Origin: Candidatus Woesearchaeota archaeon | GTDB lineage: Archaea > Nanobdellota > Nanobdellia > Woesearchaeales > CG1-02-33-12 | Direction of reading: 5' to 3' | Assembly: GCA_018399355.1 (NCBI GenBank) | Contig: JAGYOA010000002.1 | Coordinates: 1 to 45,547 of the forward strand | DNA: 45,547 bases | In this document: positions 35,799 to 44,295 of the stretch, piece by piece | How the letters are laid out: each line of letters begins with the position of its first letter | Numbering within the stretch: the first letter of the stretch is position 1 | Program-made: the position numbers and the translations under genes | Notes under the pieces: model-generated | What the model was told of the DNA's origin: nothing | Seen by the model: the letters and a program-made list of their open reading frames with translations, nothing else | Database searches by the model: none

Positions 35799-36344
35799 TT
35801 ACTCATTTCTTTTTGTAAGTATCTTGTCTTTCTCTTTTTTCTCTTCTTCTTTCTTTTCTTCGTCTGTTTTTTTAACCTTTTTTTCTATTGATTCTTTATC
35901 TTTCTTTTCTTTCTCTATTTGCTTTTTCTTTTCTTGTTTTTCTTTTTCAGCCTTATTTTTCTCTTGTTTTTTCTCTTTGATTTTCTCTTCTGATTTTTTT
36001 ATGAATTCATTGACATCTTTTATGTTTGAAACCTTTATTCCTTTTTTGGATATTTCCTTTAAGATTTCAATCTTCTTTTTAAGTCCAATATTTTTTGATA
36101 TAATTGCGCACTGTTTTTTTGAATCTATTCTTTCTATGTCTTTTAAGCAATCAACTAAAACAGGCATAAGGCCGTTTTTTAATGTAAACTTTTCTTTTAT
36201 TGCATTTCCATAACCTATTGAAACACCTTTTGGATGGCCTTTCTTCTGTAGCCTTAGCTTTGAATGCAAGCCTTTTGGCCTTCTCCATTTTTCGCCAAGC
36301 TTCACTTTCTTGTGCGAATCCTGTCTTATGAATTTTTTTGTCAT
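35799..36344 (-). CDS. rpl32e: 50S ribosomal protein L32e (eL32) with about 65-aa Lys/Glu-rich C-terminal tail
   Basis: FIRQDSHKKVKLGEKWRRPKGLHSKLRL, and operon position. The tail is EEKIKEKKQEKNKAEKEKQEKKK... Confidence 0.9.
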   Translation of the reverse strand: MTKKFIRQDSHKKVKLGEKWRRPKGLHSKLRLQKKGHPKGVSIGYGNAIKEKFTLKNGLMPVLVDCLKDIERIDSKKQCAIISKNIGLKKKIEILKEISKKGIKVSNIKDVNEFIKKSEEKIKEKKQEKNKAEKEKQEKKKQIEKEKKDKESIEKKVKKTDEEKKEEEKKEKDKILTKRNE

Positions 36345-36346
36345 GA

Positions 36347-36895
36347 TTATCCCTTTATTTCTTTTCCATCTTTTGAAACAATATAAATTCCATCCTGGAA
36401 TATTCTTCTGTCTCTATCCTTGACTTTTGTAAGTGTTTCAATGCTCGCAGCTGCCTGAGAGGTTAATTCCTTGTTAATCCCTTCAACATAAACATCTTTT
36501 CCATCAATCTTTATTTTTACTTCAGGGCTTATCTTTAATTTTCTGGGAGTTTTTTCCCCAAAAAGATTCTTAACTGTAAAATATTCCTTTTCCATGGAAA
36601 CATTCATTGGGAAATGTCCAGGGCATATTTTAAGTTTGTATACAAATCTTTCTGTAACCCCTTTTATCATATTTTTAATGTGACTGCTGATAGAGTATGT
36701 AATCTTTTTCTCTCTTTTTGTTGCTTTTTTTGAAATTATCTGGAAAGTGTTGTTTTCCACTTTTATCTCGATTCCAGGACCTGAAAGTTTTTTGCTTACT
36801 TCTCCTTTTGGTCCATTTACTTTGATTAAGTGGCCCACTTTAGATATTTGAACTCCTTCAGGTATGCTCACTTCCTCTTGGATATCCAATTTCAT
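36347..36895 (-). CDS. rpl6: 50S ribosomal protein L6 (uL6)
   Basis: Operon position and a two-domain L6 pattern (GVTERFVYKLKICPGHFPM). Confidence 0.9.
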   Translation of the reverse strand: MKLDIQEEVSIPEGVQISKVGHLIKVNGPKGEVSKKLSGPGIEIKVENNTFQIISKKATKREKKITYSISSHIKNMIKGVTERFVYKLKICPGHFPMNVSMEKEYFTVKNLFGEKTPRKLKISPEVKIKIDGKDVYVEGINKELTSQAAASIETLTKVKDRDRRIFQDGIYIVSKDGKEIKG

Positions 36896-36896
36896 C

Positions 36897-37286
36897 TTAA
36901 TAACAGTAAGCTAAAAGCTTTCCTCCTATATTTTGTTTTCTTGCCTCATTGTTTGACATTATTCCTTTAGGTGTTGAAACAATAAGTATCCCAAAATCCT
37001 TTGCAGGCAAAAACCTTTTTTCAAATTTTTCATAACCTGATTCCTTAACAGCAAACCTCGGCTTTATTACACCGCATTTGTTTATTTTGTTAAGCAGTTC
37101 TATATTAAGGAAATTGCCTCTGGAATCAATCACTTCTTCAAACTTGCCTACATATCCATACTCATTCATTATCTTCAGCACTTCCTTGATTACCTTTGAA
37201 GAAGGCTTGATTACACATTCCTTTGTTCTTGCATTTTCTTTGTTTAGTATATTTGAAAGCGCATTTGCGAGTGGGTCATTTAACAT
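36897..37286 (-). CDS. rps8: 30S ribosomal protein S8 (uS8)
   Basis: [24 protein letters not shown]...[31 protein letters not shown]. Confidence 0.95.
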   Translation of the reverse strand: MLNDPLANALSNILNKENARTKECVIKPSSKVIKEVLKIMNEYGYVGKFEEVIDSRGNFLNIELLNKINKCGVIKPRFAVKESGYEKFEKRFLPAKDFGILIVSTPKGIMSNNEARKQNIGGKLLAYCY

Positions 37287-37295
37287 TTTTTCACC

Positions 37296-37526
37296 TTAGC
37301 TGTATTTTTTGAATCCTATTTTTGTTGATATCTCTCTGAAGCATTGCCTGCAAAGGTTTAAACCGTATTTTCCTATCTGAGCGCCAGTCCTTCCGCACCT
37401 CTCACATCGCTTTTTGCTTGTTCCGCAGCTTCTTTCTTTAGGAGAACTGTGCTTAAGGAAGCGCTTCATCTTTACTGGCTTTGATTTAAGTTGCTTGAAA
37501 ACCTTTTTGTAGTTTGATACAGTCAT
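37296..37526 (-). CDS. rps14: 30S ribosomal protein S14 (uS14, zinc type)
   Basis: [25 protein letters not shown]. The ATGA overlap with rpl5 favours the long form. An internal Met (start at 37469) would give the more usual ~57 aa. Confidence 0.85.
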   Translation of the reverse strand: MTVSNYKKVFKQLKSKPVKMKRFLKHSSPKERSCGTSKKRCERCGRTGAQIGKYGLNLCRQCFREISTKIGFKKYS

Positions 37527-38038
37527 TCTTCCTCCTCTAATTTAACATTAAACTCTTTTTTTATAAAATCAATTGCCTCTTGTTTGGTTATTGTGTGTTT
37601 TTTAGGAATTTTTGTTTTTTTCATTCTTCTTCTTTTTATTCTGAATCCATTCCTTTCAAGTGTTATACATACTTCAAGGCCTATTATTCCGATTTCAGGA
37701 TCATAATTAACATTTGGTATATCAATATATTCCTCTATACCAAAGGCAATATTCCCATTTTCATCAAATTGATTTTCCTGAAGCAGATTGTCTTTTGCAT
37801 TCAGCAATCTTTTCAATGTTTCTATTGCAATCTTTCTTCTTAATGTGACCTTGCACCCTATTGGAAGGCCAGGCCTTAATCCCCATCCTGGAATTCTTTT
37901 TTTAGTGACAGTTGTAACAGGCTTGACACCAGTTATTTTTTCAAGCAGCTTAATTCCCTTTTCCAGCTTAGACTGATCTTTTCCTGCACCTATGTTAAGA
38001 GTGATTTTCTCTATCCTTATATTTCTTGATTGGTTCAT
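37523..38038 (-). CDS. rpl5: 50S ribosomal protein L5 (uL5)
   Basis: [15 protein letters not shown]...[10 protein letters not shown], and operon position. Confidence 0.9.
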   Translation of the reverse strand: MNQSRNIRIEKITLNIGAGKDQSKLEKGIKLLEKITGVKPVTTVTKKRIPGWGLRPGLPIGCKVTLRRKIAIETLKRLLNAKDNLLQENQFDENGNIAFGIEEYIDIPNVNYDPEIGIIGLEVCITLERNGFRIKRRRMKKTKIPKKHTITKQEAIDFIKKEFNVKLEEEE

Positions 38039-38045
38039 TTTAAAC

Positions 38046-38741
38046 TTAAGATGGCAAAGTTATCATTTCTTTTTCTTTTCCTATTACAAAAGCAAACCTC
38101 TTTGATGTTTCAAAACCTTTTCCAGTTTTTGGCTTTATTTTGATTGTTTTGTCTTTTACATCTTCTATTATTCCTGAATCTCCCTTATGCTTTCCACGGG
38201 ATAAGTAAACATAAGCGCCTTTCTCAAACTTTAAGTGCTCTTTTATTTCATTTTTTGGAAGGCTTAATAAAAGCGTATCCCCTGTTTTGTAAATGTCTTT
38301 ACTTACAATTATGTTTTTTCCGTCATTAAGGTTAAGCTGAACTTTTCCTTTTTTCATAATTTTTTTGTTTATAATTTTGCATGGTTTTAATGTTGCTTCA
38401 TCCTGTTTTATCTCAACAGCACAGATATTTCCTTTTTTATTTAGCATAGCTCTGAAACACTTGTTTGTTTTTGGTGTCTCAACAAGGTCCATCACACCTA
38501 CCTGAAATCGGTGGTCTTTGATTTCTTTTTTATCAACAAGTATTCCTTTGTTATTAATTATCATCTTAACATCACGTGTTGTTTTTGCCTGTTTTAGCAC
38601 ATCCCTCATTAATAAATTAATAGATGTGCTGTTGGTTTTTCCATGCATTCCAGAGTTTGGCCTGGTTACAAAAGTAATTCCCTTTCTCTTTATCTTCCAT
38701 GATCTTGGTGCTGTTAATCTTTTTAGGTGTCTTTTAATCAT
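38046..38741 (-). CDS. rps4e: 30S ribosomal protein S4e (eS4)
   Basis: MIKRHLKRLTAPRSW is the typical eS4 N-terminus. The ATG at 38741 is preferred over the track TTG at 38747, which overlaps the rpl24 stop. Confidence 0.9.
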   Translation of the reverse strand: MIKRHLKRLTAPRSWKIKRKGITFVTRPNSGMHGKTNSTSINLLMRDVLKQAKTTRDVKMIINNKGILVDKKEIKDHRFQVGVMDLVETPKTNKCFRAMLNKKGNICAVEIKQDEATLKPCKIINKKIMKKGKVQLNLNDGKNIIVSKDIYKTGDTLLLSLPKNEIKEHLKFEKGAYVYLSRGKHKGDSGIIEDVKDKTIKIKPKTGKGFETSKRFAFVIGKEKEMITLPS

Positions 38742-38743
38742 CT

Positions 38744-39136
38744 TCAATCACTTTTTTGTTTTTTATTGAGTTTTTCGGTTCTTTTTTTATCATCAAGGTT
38801 CAGTTCTGTTATGCGTATGTTCGATGCATGGATTGGATAAAGTATTTTTGTTCCATCCTTTTTTACCATTTCAATACCATTCACATATACCTTTGAGCTC
38901 TTAAGGCTGATTTTTTCTATTTTTCCGGTTTTTTTCCTGAACTGGCCCCTCATTATCTCTACTTTATCCCCTTTTCTTACTCTTATTGACTTTATTTTAT
39001 GTTTTTTAGCCAGCTCTTTTGAAAGATGTGCGTTGAGGAATTTGCTTTTGATATTCTTTGGAGCATTATATGAGTATTTTCTCTGCTTTCTTGGTTGTTT
39101 GCTTTTTCCCCATTCCCTTGAAAATTCTTTTTTCAT
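38744..39136 (-). CDS. rpl24: 50S ribosomal protein L24 (uL24)
   Basis: KOW motif VRKGDKVEIMRGQFRKKTGKI. The Met at 39136 is preferred, because the track start 39181 would overlap the rpl14 end by 40 nt. Confidence 0.85.
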   Translation of the reverse strand: MKKEFSREWGKSKQPRKQRKYSYNAPKNIKSKFLNAHLSKELAKKHKIKSIRVRKGDKVEIMRGQFRKKTGKIEKISLKSSKVYVNGIEMVKKDGTKILYPIHASNIRITELNLDDKKRTEKLNKKQKSD

Positions 39137-39141
39137 TGTTA

Positions 39142-39543
39142 TCACGCTATTATTCTTGCAACTTTTGATATGCCCGGCCATCTCTCACAAGCTTCTTTTG
39201 CTATTGCACCCTTAAAGATAGTTCCTTTTGGGTTTCCTTTTTCATCTTTTACTATGACTGCTGCGTTGTCCTCAAACTTTATTCTTGTTCCGTCTACTCT
39301 TCTGTACTCTTTTCTTTGTCTTACTATGACTGCCATAACACTCTGCTTTGCCATGTCAGGGTTTCCTTTTTTCACAGAAGCCATAATCATATCTCCTACT
39401 CCTGCGCTTGGCATCCTTCCCTTAACAGTCTTAGATCCTTTAACCCCATAGAGCCTTATCACTTTTGCTCCTGAATTATCACAGGTTGGAATATTAGATC
39501 CCTGAGTTAATCCTTTTGTTATTTTTGATTTAAATGCCTTCAT
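39142..39543 (-). CDS. rpl14: 50S ribosomal protein L14 (uL14)
   Basis: CDNSGAKVIRLYGV...GDMIMASVKKG...IRFEDNAAVIV. Confidence 0.95.
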   Translation of the reverse strand: MKAFKSKITKGLTQGSNIPTCDNSGAKVIRLYGVKGSKTVKGRMPSAGVGDMIMASVKKGNPDMAKQSVMAVIVRQRKEYRRVDGTRIKFEDNAAVIVKDEKGNPKGTIFKGAIAKEACERWPGISKVARIIA

Positions 39544-39883
39544 CTTGAGCTACCTTTTCTGTTATTACAAAATGCTTTGTTTTACTTAAGGGCCTACACT
39601 CTCTTACAACAACCAAATCCCCTTCTCTTGCATTTATGCAGTCAGGGTTGTGAACCTGAAGTTTCTTTCTTTTCTTTTCATATCTTTCATATTTTGGGAT
39701 GTAATGCCTGGTTTCTATTTCTATCACAGCAGTCCTTCTGGATTTTGATTTCACTACTTTTTTTGTGAAAGTCCTTCCCCTTACTTTTAAAGTTCCATGT
39801 ACAGGGCAGTTCTTGTCACTGCATTCTTTGCCCTTTTCTTCACTTTGGGCATTTTTGCTTTTTGATTTTTTTTCCATGAACAT
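39530..39883 (-). CDS. rps17: 30S ribosomal protein S17 (uS17)
   Basis: GTLKVRGRTFTKKVVKSKSRRTAVIEIE...VHNPDCINAREGDLVVVRECRPLSKTKHF. Confidence 0.9.
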   Translation of the reverse strand: MFMEKKSKSKNAQSEEKGKECSDKNCPVHGTLKVRGRTFTKKVVKSKSRRTAVIEIETRHYIPKYERYEKKRKKLQVHNPDCINAREGDLVVVRECRPLSKTKHFVITEKVAQDEGI

Positions 39884-40150
39884 TCACCTTTGTTTTATTC
39901 TTTCTTCTGGCCTTTTATTGATTGATTTTCCTTGAATTGTTATTTTTTCATTTTTGAGCATGAACTCAAAGACGCACTGGTCTTTTATGAGTTTTTTTTG
40001 TTTCTTTTCTGTTTCAATTACAACCATACTTTTTGTTTCATCTATTATTTTTCCGTTTATTCCTTCGTTGGAAGGGTTATCAGACCTAAAGACCTTTACA
40101 TTTAGGCCTATCAACTCGCTTTTTGCAAGCTTTTTTTTGTTGATTTCCAT
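39884..40150 (-). CDS. rnp1: RNase P protein component 1 (Rpp29/Pop4)
   Basis: ELIGLNVKVFRSDNPSNEGINGKIIDETKSMVVIE, plus the conserved position between L29/SUI1 and S17. Confidence 0.8.
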   Translation of the reverse strand: MEINKKKLAKSELIGLNVKVFRSDNPSNEGINGKIIDETKSMVVIETEKKQKKLIKDQCVFEFMLKNEKITIQGKSINKRPEERIKQR

Positions 40151-40152
40151 TA

Positions 40153-40461
40153 TTATTTTACGTCTATGGTCTCAGGCGAAAAACCCATTTTTACGAGCTG
40201 TTCTTTTACTCTTTGTTTGTGATTTCCCTGAAGCTCAATTTTTCCTTCTTTTGCTGTTCCTCCGCATGCGAAGTTTGATTTCAGGTTTTTTGTAAGCTCT
40301 TTGATGTTTATTTCTTTGTTGTCTATGCCTTCGATAACAGTGTTTTGCTTTCCGAATTTCTTTTTTATTGTGTACACCTTTATCAGCTGGCTTTCCTTTG
40401 CTATAGTCTCACAAACACACAGCTCTTTGGGTAGTCCACACTTTGGACATATTTCACTCAT
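40153..40461 (-). CDS. Translation initiation factor SUI1 (aSUI1/eIF1)
   Basis: The N-terminal CPKCG...CVC knuckle is followed by IKVYTIKKKFGKQNTVIEGI...LKSNFACGGTAKEGKIELQGNH. Confidence 0.85.
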   Translation of the reverse strand: MSEICPKCGLPKELCVCETIAKESQLIKVYTIKKKFGKQNTVIEGIDNKEINIKELTKNLKSNFACGGTAKEGKIELQGNHKQRVKEQLVKMGFSPETIDVK

Positions 40462-40667
40462 GGCTTTTTTTCACCACCTTTGGTTTTTAAGACAGTCAGT
40501 ATTCTTGCGACAGTCTTTTTTATCACCTTTACTTGCCCAGGGCTCTTTGGATTAGTTCCTGTTGCTATCTGGGCATTGTGCTTTATCAGCTCTTTTTTTA
40601 GTTCTTCTAGTTTTGAATTTAATTCATCAATACTCATTGATTCGATTTCTTTGATTTTAAGTGCCAT
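40458..40667 (-). CDS. rpl29: 50S ribosomal protein L29 (uL29)
   Basis: MALKIKEIESMSIDELNSKLEELKKELIKHNAQIATG. The ATG at 40665-40667 lies 1 nt downstream of the rps3 stop codon. The track ORF start at 40883 is rejected (see the rejected list). Confidence 0.85.
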   Translation of the reverse strand: MALKIKEIESMSIDELNSKLEELKKELIKHNAQIATGTNPKSPGQVKVIKKTVARILTVLKTKGGEKKP

Positions 40668-40668
40668 T

Positions 40669-41502
40669 TTATTGTTTTTCTGCCTTTTCTTCTTTTTTGT
40701 CTGTTTTTTTAGATGATTTCTTGGCTGCCTTTTTCTTTGGTTTTTTCTCTGCCTTTTTTTCTGGTTCTGCTTCAGGAGTTTCTTTTTCCTTTTGCTCCTT
40801 TTTTTCTTGTTCTTTGTCTGGCTTATCTGCCTCATCCTGTTTTTTAACACTTTCCTGTTCACTGTCTTTTGTATCTTCTTCAATTATTTCTTCCTGTTTT
40901 TGAAGCTCATCAATCAGCTGGATATTATCAGGTAACTTGATGTCAGGAGGCATTATGCTTACCTTAACTCCGGCAACGCCTGTCTTAAGCACAGCCTTTA
41001 CGTTTGCCCTATGAACTCCTGTTATTGCTATATCCCCACATTTTTTTAAATATCCAGAGTAAACACGCCATGACTTTGCTCTCGCGCCAGGTATTTTGCC
41101 TGAAATTACAATTTCAATACCAAGCGCTCCTGAGTTCATGACTTCTTCCATGGTTTTGTGCATTATTCCTTTAAATCTTGATGTTCCATACCTTTCAAGA
41201 GACTCTGATATTGAGTTTGCGACAACCTGAGCATCAATATTTGTGTTTTCAATCTCGCTGATTTCTATCTGCGGATTTTCAAGGTCAAAATTATTTTTTA
41301 AATCTCTTGTAAGTTTTGTTATATTCTGGCCTTTTCTTCCAACTACAAGACCTGGCCTTGCAGCGTATATTATTATTTTTTCTCCAAGAGGAGTTCTTTG
41401 CAGCTTGGTGTGGCTGTATCCTGCGCCCCTTACATTCTCTGCTATCATCTCCTGGATTCTGTGCTCTTTCTTTTTTTGTGATATAAATTGTCTTTCAATC
41501 AT
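40669..41502 (-). CDS. rps3: 30S ribosomal protein S3 (uS3) with about 75-aa Lys/Glu-rich C-terminal tail
   Basis: KH domain (TPLGEKIIIYAARPGLVVGRKGQNI) and C-domain (GIEIVISGK). The tail is QKQEEIIEEDTKDSEQ...KKTDKKEEKAEKQ. Confidence 0.9.
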   Translation of the reverse strand: MIERQFISQKKKEHRIQEMIAENVRGAGYSHTKLQRTPLGEKIIIYAARPGLVVGRKGQNITKLTRDLKNNFDLENPQIEISEIENTNIDAQVVANSISESLERYGTSRFKGIMHKTMEEVMNSGALGIEIVISGKIPGARAKSWRVYSGYLKKCGDIAITGVHRANVKAVLKTGVAGVKVSIMPPDIKLPDNIQLIDELQKQEEIIEEDTKDSEQESVKKQDEADKPDKEQEKKEQKEKETPEAEPEKKAEKKPKKKAAKKSSKKTDKKEEKAEKQ

Positions 41503-42134
41503 TTTTTATCAGCTTGTTTTGTTTTTTCTTTTTCAGTTTCTTTTGATTCACTAGGTTTTTTATTTTCTTGTGTCTTTTTTTCTTGAACTGGTTGTTTTTT
41601 TGATTCAGATTCATTAATTTTATTTGTTTCTTGCTTTTTTTCTTTTTGTTTTATTGGTTTTGCTTTTTCTTTAGCTGAGGATTGTTTCTTTGGTTTTGCC
41701 TTTTTTTCTTTTTCCTCTACTGCAACCTCAACGCTTGTTCTTTTCATTGATACACGGGTTTGTCTTCCATACTTCCATGTTCTTGGGCCTTTCTTTGCAC
41801 ATATATGTATTATAACAAGGCTTGATGTTTCGAGGGCCTTTTGCTGTGCATTTGATTCAACAAGTTTAAGCAAATTAAGTATTTCTTTTGATGCCTTTAC
41901 AGGGTATTTTCCAGGGCCCATTCCATGCTTATGGCCTGCTCCCTCACTGAACCTGTCAAACTTAACAGGCTTTTTCATATTAGCTACATCCTCAAGGAAG
42001 GCCTTGGCTTCCTGAAGGTTTTTTCCTCTGAGCATATTGCATATTTCAACTGCATGCTTTGTGGATATGGGCAATAGCACTCCAACTGCCTTTGCCATGT
42101 GCTCATTTGTTTTTATTGAATATTTGTACGGCAT
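41499..42134 (-). CDS. rpl22: 50S ribosomal protein L22 (uL22) with about 70-aa Lys-rich C-terminal tail
   Basis: AKAVGVLLPISTKHAVEICNMLRGKNLQEAKAFLEDV, followed by the tail EEKEKKAKPKKQSSAKEKAKP...KTKQADKK. Confidence 0.9.
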   Translation of the reverse strand: MPYKYSIKTNEHMAKAVGVLLPISTKHAVEICNMLRGKNLQEAKAFLEDVANMKKPVKFDRFSEGAGHKHGMGPGKYPVKASKEILNLLKLVESNAQQKALETSSLVIIHICAKKGPRTWKYGRQTRVSMKRTSVEVAVEEKEKKAKPKKQSSAKEKAKPIKQKEKKQETNKINESESKKQPVQEKKTQENKKPSESKETEKEKTKQADKK

Positions 42135-42135
42135 A

Positions 42136-42516
42136 TTACCTCACTGACAAGCTTGAGCTTGACCTTGTAGCGCCAACACCAGGAGAGTGATGCTCAACCT
42201 TTTTTCTTGTTGAGACAAACTCGCCAATGCGGTGGCCTACCATTTCTTTTTGTATTAATAATGATACAAACTCTTTTCCATTATGAACATTCACTGTTTT
42301 TCCAACAATCTGAGGGATTATAACTATATCTCTACATTTTGTTTTTACATTGTTTCTGTTCATTATTTTTTTCATGAATGCCTTTTGCGACTCTGTTGAT
42401 TCTCTCTTAAGGCTTCTTCTTTCCCTTGATGGAAGCAGATCTGCAAAATCATTTATGCTCATTTTATTGAGCTCTTCAATTGTTTTTCCCCTATACACAA
42501 ATTCTTTTTTTGCCAT
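42136..42516 (-). CDS. rps19: 30S ribosomal protein S19 (uS19)
   Basis: VHNGKEFVSLLIQKEMVGHRIGEF, and operon position. Confidence 0.9.
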   Translation of the reverse strand: MAKKEFVYRGKTIEELNKMSINDFADLLPSRERRSLKRESTESQKAFMKKIMNRNNVKTKCRDIVIIPQIVGKTVNVHNGKEFVSLLIQKEMVGHRIGEFVSTRKKVEHHSPGVGATRSSSSLSVR

Positions 42517-42517
42517 T

Positions 42518-43231
42518 TTACTTCTTCTTCCTTCCCATTCTCCTTGGTCTTATTGAGCCGACCTTTCTTCCAGGAGGAGCATTTCTTGGAGCTATTGTCG
42601 GCTTTCCTTTATGTGATGAACTAGTTCCTCCAAATGGATGGTCAACTGCATTCTGTGATGTTCCTGAAACACTTGGCCATAATTTGTTTTTTGATTTCAT
42701 CTTGTAATATTTTACTCCCGCCTTTAAAAAAGGTTTTTCTTTTCTTCCACTTCCAGCTATCATTCCTATAGTTGCCCTGCATTTTTCATCAAAAACCTTT
42801 TGCTTTTTTGATGGAAGCAATACCACAACTTTATTTTTTAATCTTGATAACACTTTTGCAGATGTTCCTGAGGACCTTACAAATTTTCCTCCATCTCCAG
42901 GCTGATGTTCTATGTTATATACTGATGTGCCTTCTGGAATATCTTTAAGCATTAAGACATTTCCTCCTTTTAGATCGGATTTTCCTCCGTAACTTATCAT
43001 GTCTCCAACTCTTATTCCTTCTGGAGCAATCATTAGGTTCATAAATCCATTATTGTACTTTAAAACAGTTAGGGGAGCGGAATGCCCTGCGCACTTTATT
43101 ATATCAATTATCTCGCCTTGAATGTTTTCTTTTACAGATAGATAACAGGGTTTTCCTTTATATCTGAAGCTAGGCGACCTATAAGTTGGCCCGCCTTTTC
43201 CTCTTGCTTGCTGTATAAGTCTTTTACCCAT
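42518..43231 (-). CDS. rpl2: 50S ribosomal protein L2 (uL2)
   Basis: MGKRLIQQARGKGGPTYRSPS...NAVDHPFGGTSSSHKGKPT. Confidence 0.95.
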   Translation of the reverse strand: MGKRLIQQARGKGGPTYRSPSFRYKGKPCYLSVKENIQGEIIDIIKCAGHSAPLTVLKYNNGFMNLMIAPEGIRVGDMISYGGKSDLKGGNVLMLKDIPEGTSVYNIEHQPGDGGKFVRSSGTSAKVLSRLKNKVVVLLPSKKQKVFDEKCRATIGMIAGSGRKEKPFLKAGVKYYKMKSKNKLWPSVSGTSQNAVDHPFGGTSSSHKGKPTIAPRNAPPGRKVGSIRPRRMGRKKK

Positions 43232-43232
43232 T

Positions 43233-43490
43233 TTACATCAATCCTAACTGCGTTGCAATTTCAATTGCAGGGTTTTCAGGGCTTAGCTTAACATAAGCCC
43301 TTTTTTTATTTCCTATTATGGAAAGGTTGACTTTTACAACCTTTACCTTGAACATATCTTCTATTGCTTTTTTCACATCTTCTTTTCTTGCCTTGAGATC
43401 TACAACGAAGATGAGTTTGTTTTCTGATTCCATCAATCTTACTGATTTTTCAGTTGAAAGAGGGTATTTTATTGCTTTGTATGATTCCAT
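43233..43490 (-). CDS. rpl23: 50S ribosomal protein L23 (uL23)
   Basis: IKYPLSTEKSVRLMESENKLIFVVDLKARKEDVKKAIEDMFKVKV. Confidence 0.9.
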   Translation of the reverse strand: MESYKAIKYPLSTEKSVRLMESENKLIFVVDLKARKEDVKKAIEDMFKVKVVKVNLSIIGNKKRAYVKLSPENPAIEIATQLGLM

Positions 43491-43491
43491 T

Positions 43492-44295
43492 TTACATAAA
43501 CAGGTTTTTTTCTTTCATTTCTTTTAATGCGCCCTCGGTCCATATTGTTAAACGGCCCGGTTTTGATGAAGGTGCAAGAGATCTTGCATTTAATGATTTC
43601 ACTGTTATTGCGTTTATTCCCTGAATGTTCCTTGCTGCTTTTATTACAGGGCACTGCTCTGAGACAACTATTAAAGGCCCTATTTTGCTTTTGTACTTTC
43701 TTCCTCTGAGTTTTCCTTTTCCGCTTCTTATTTTTCTTTCAGATATTCTTTGCATTTCTTTTTCAAGACCTATATTTTTGAAAAATTCTCTTACTTCTTT
43801 GGTTTTTTTCAGTGACTCAAATTTTTTCTCAACAACAACAGGGTAAATATCAGGCATTATATGATTTTTTGAAACAAGATCATTTGATGATGTTGCTGCT
43901 ATTGCGCTTCTTATTGCCTTTCTTCTTTCCTTTTTGTTGATTTTCTTTGTCCAGTCTTTTCCTGCTTTTGGAGGGTGAGCTCTTCTTCCTCCAACTGTTC
44001 CTGGTGCAAATGCGCCGACCCAGTTCATCCTTTGTCCTCTTCTGCTCATTATTTTTCTTGGAACTCTTGATATTCCATGACCATAAGATGCCCTGTAATC
44101 ATGCCTTCTTCTTGAAAGCTTTGCTGATGTTCTTTTTCCAGCCATTGGGTCTGCGCCGTATGGCTGTCTTGTATTGCTTTGAATAACTAAGACTGCTCTT
44201 TTTATCAGCTCAGGCCTTATTTCCTCATCAAACTGTAGAGGCATCTCCTGCTTTCCGATTTCCTTTTTTGAAATGTCTATTATTGGAACTTTCAT
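43492..44295 (-). CDS. rpl4: 50S ribosomal protein L4 (uL4)
   Basis: RQPYGADPMAGKRTSAKLSRRRHDYRASYGHGISRVPRK, and operon position. Confidence 0.9.
   Translation of the reverse strand: MKVPIIDISKKEIGKQEMPLQFDEEIRPELIKRAVLVIQSNTRQPYGADPMAGKRTSAKLSRRRHDYRASYGHGISRVPRKIMSRRGQRMNWVGAFAPGTVGGRRAHPPKAGKDWTKKINKKERRKAIRSAIAATSSNDLVSKNHIMPDIYPVVVEKKFESLKKTKEVREFFKNIGLEKEMQRISERKIRSGKGKLRGRKYKSKIGPLIVVSEQCPVIKAARNIQGINAITVKSLNARSLAPSSKPGRLTIWTEGALKEMKEKNLFM

Noticed and set aside
35824-36213. A long plus-strand ORF (129 aa, Ser/Phe-rich) antisense to rpl32e. Similar antisense ORFs occur at 40661-40903, 40480-40716, 35610-35891, 33208-33426 and others inside the r-protein cluster.
   Set aside because: These are antisense readings of Lys/Glu-rich (AAR/GAR) coding sequence, which gives TTY/TCY-rich stop-free frames. 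They have no start context, and they overlap confidently identified conserved genes.
40668-40883. The ORF track extends rpl29 by 72 aa at the N-terminus (MKKIQKTVNRKVLKNRMRQ...KRQKNNK), overlapping the rps3 tail.
   Set aside because: The extension is an alternative-frame reading of the AAG/GAA-rich rps3 tail (a low-complexity artefact). A canonical L29 N-terminus (MALKIKEIESMS...) starts at the ATG at 40667, 1 nt downstream of the rps3 stop.
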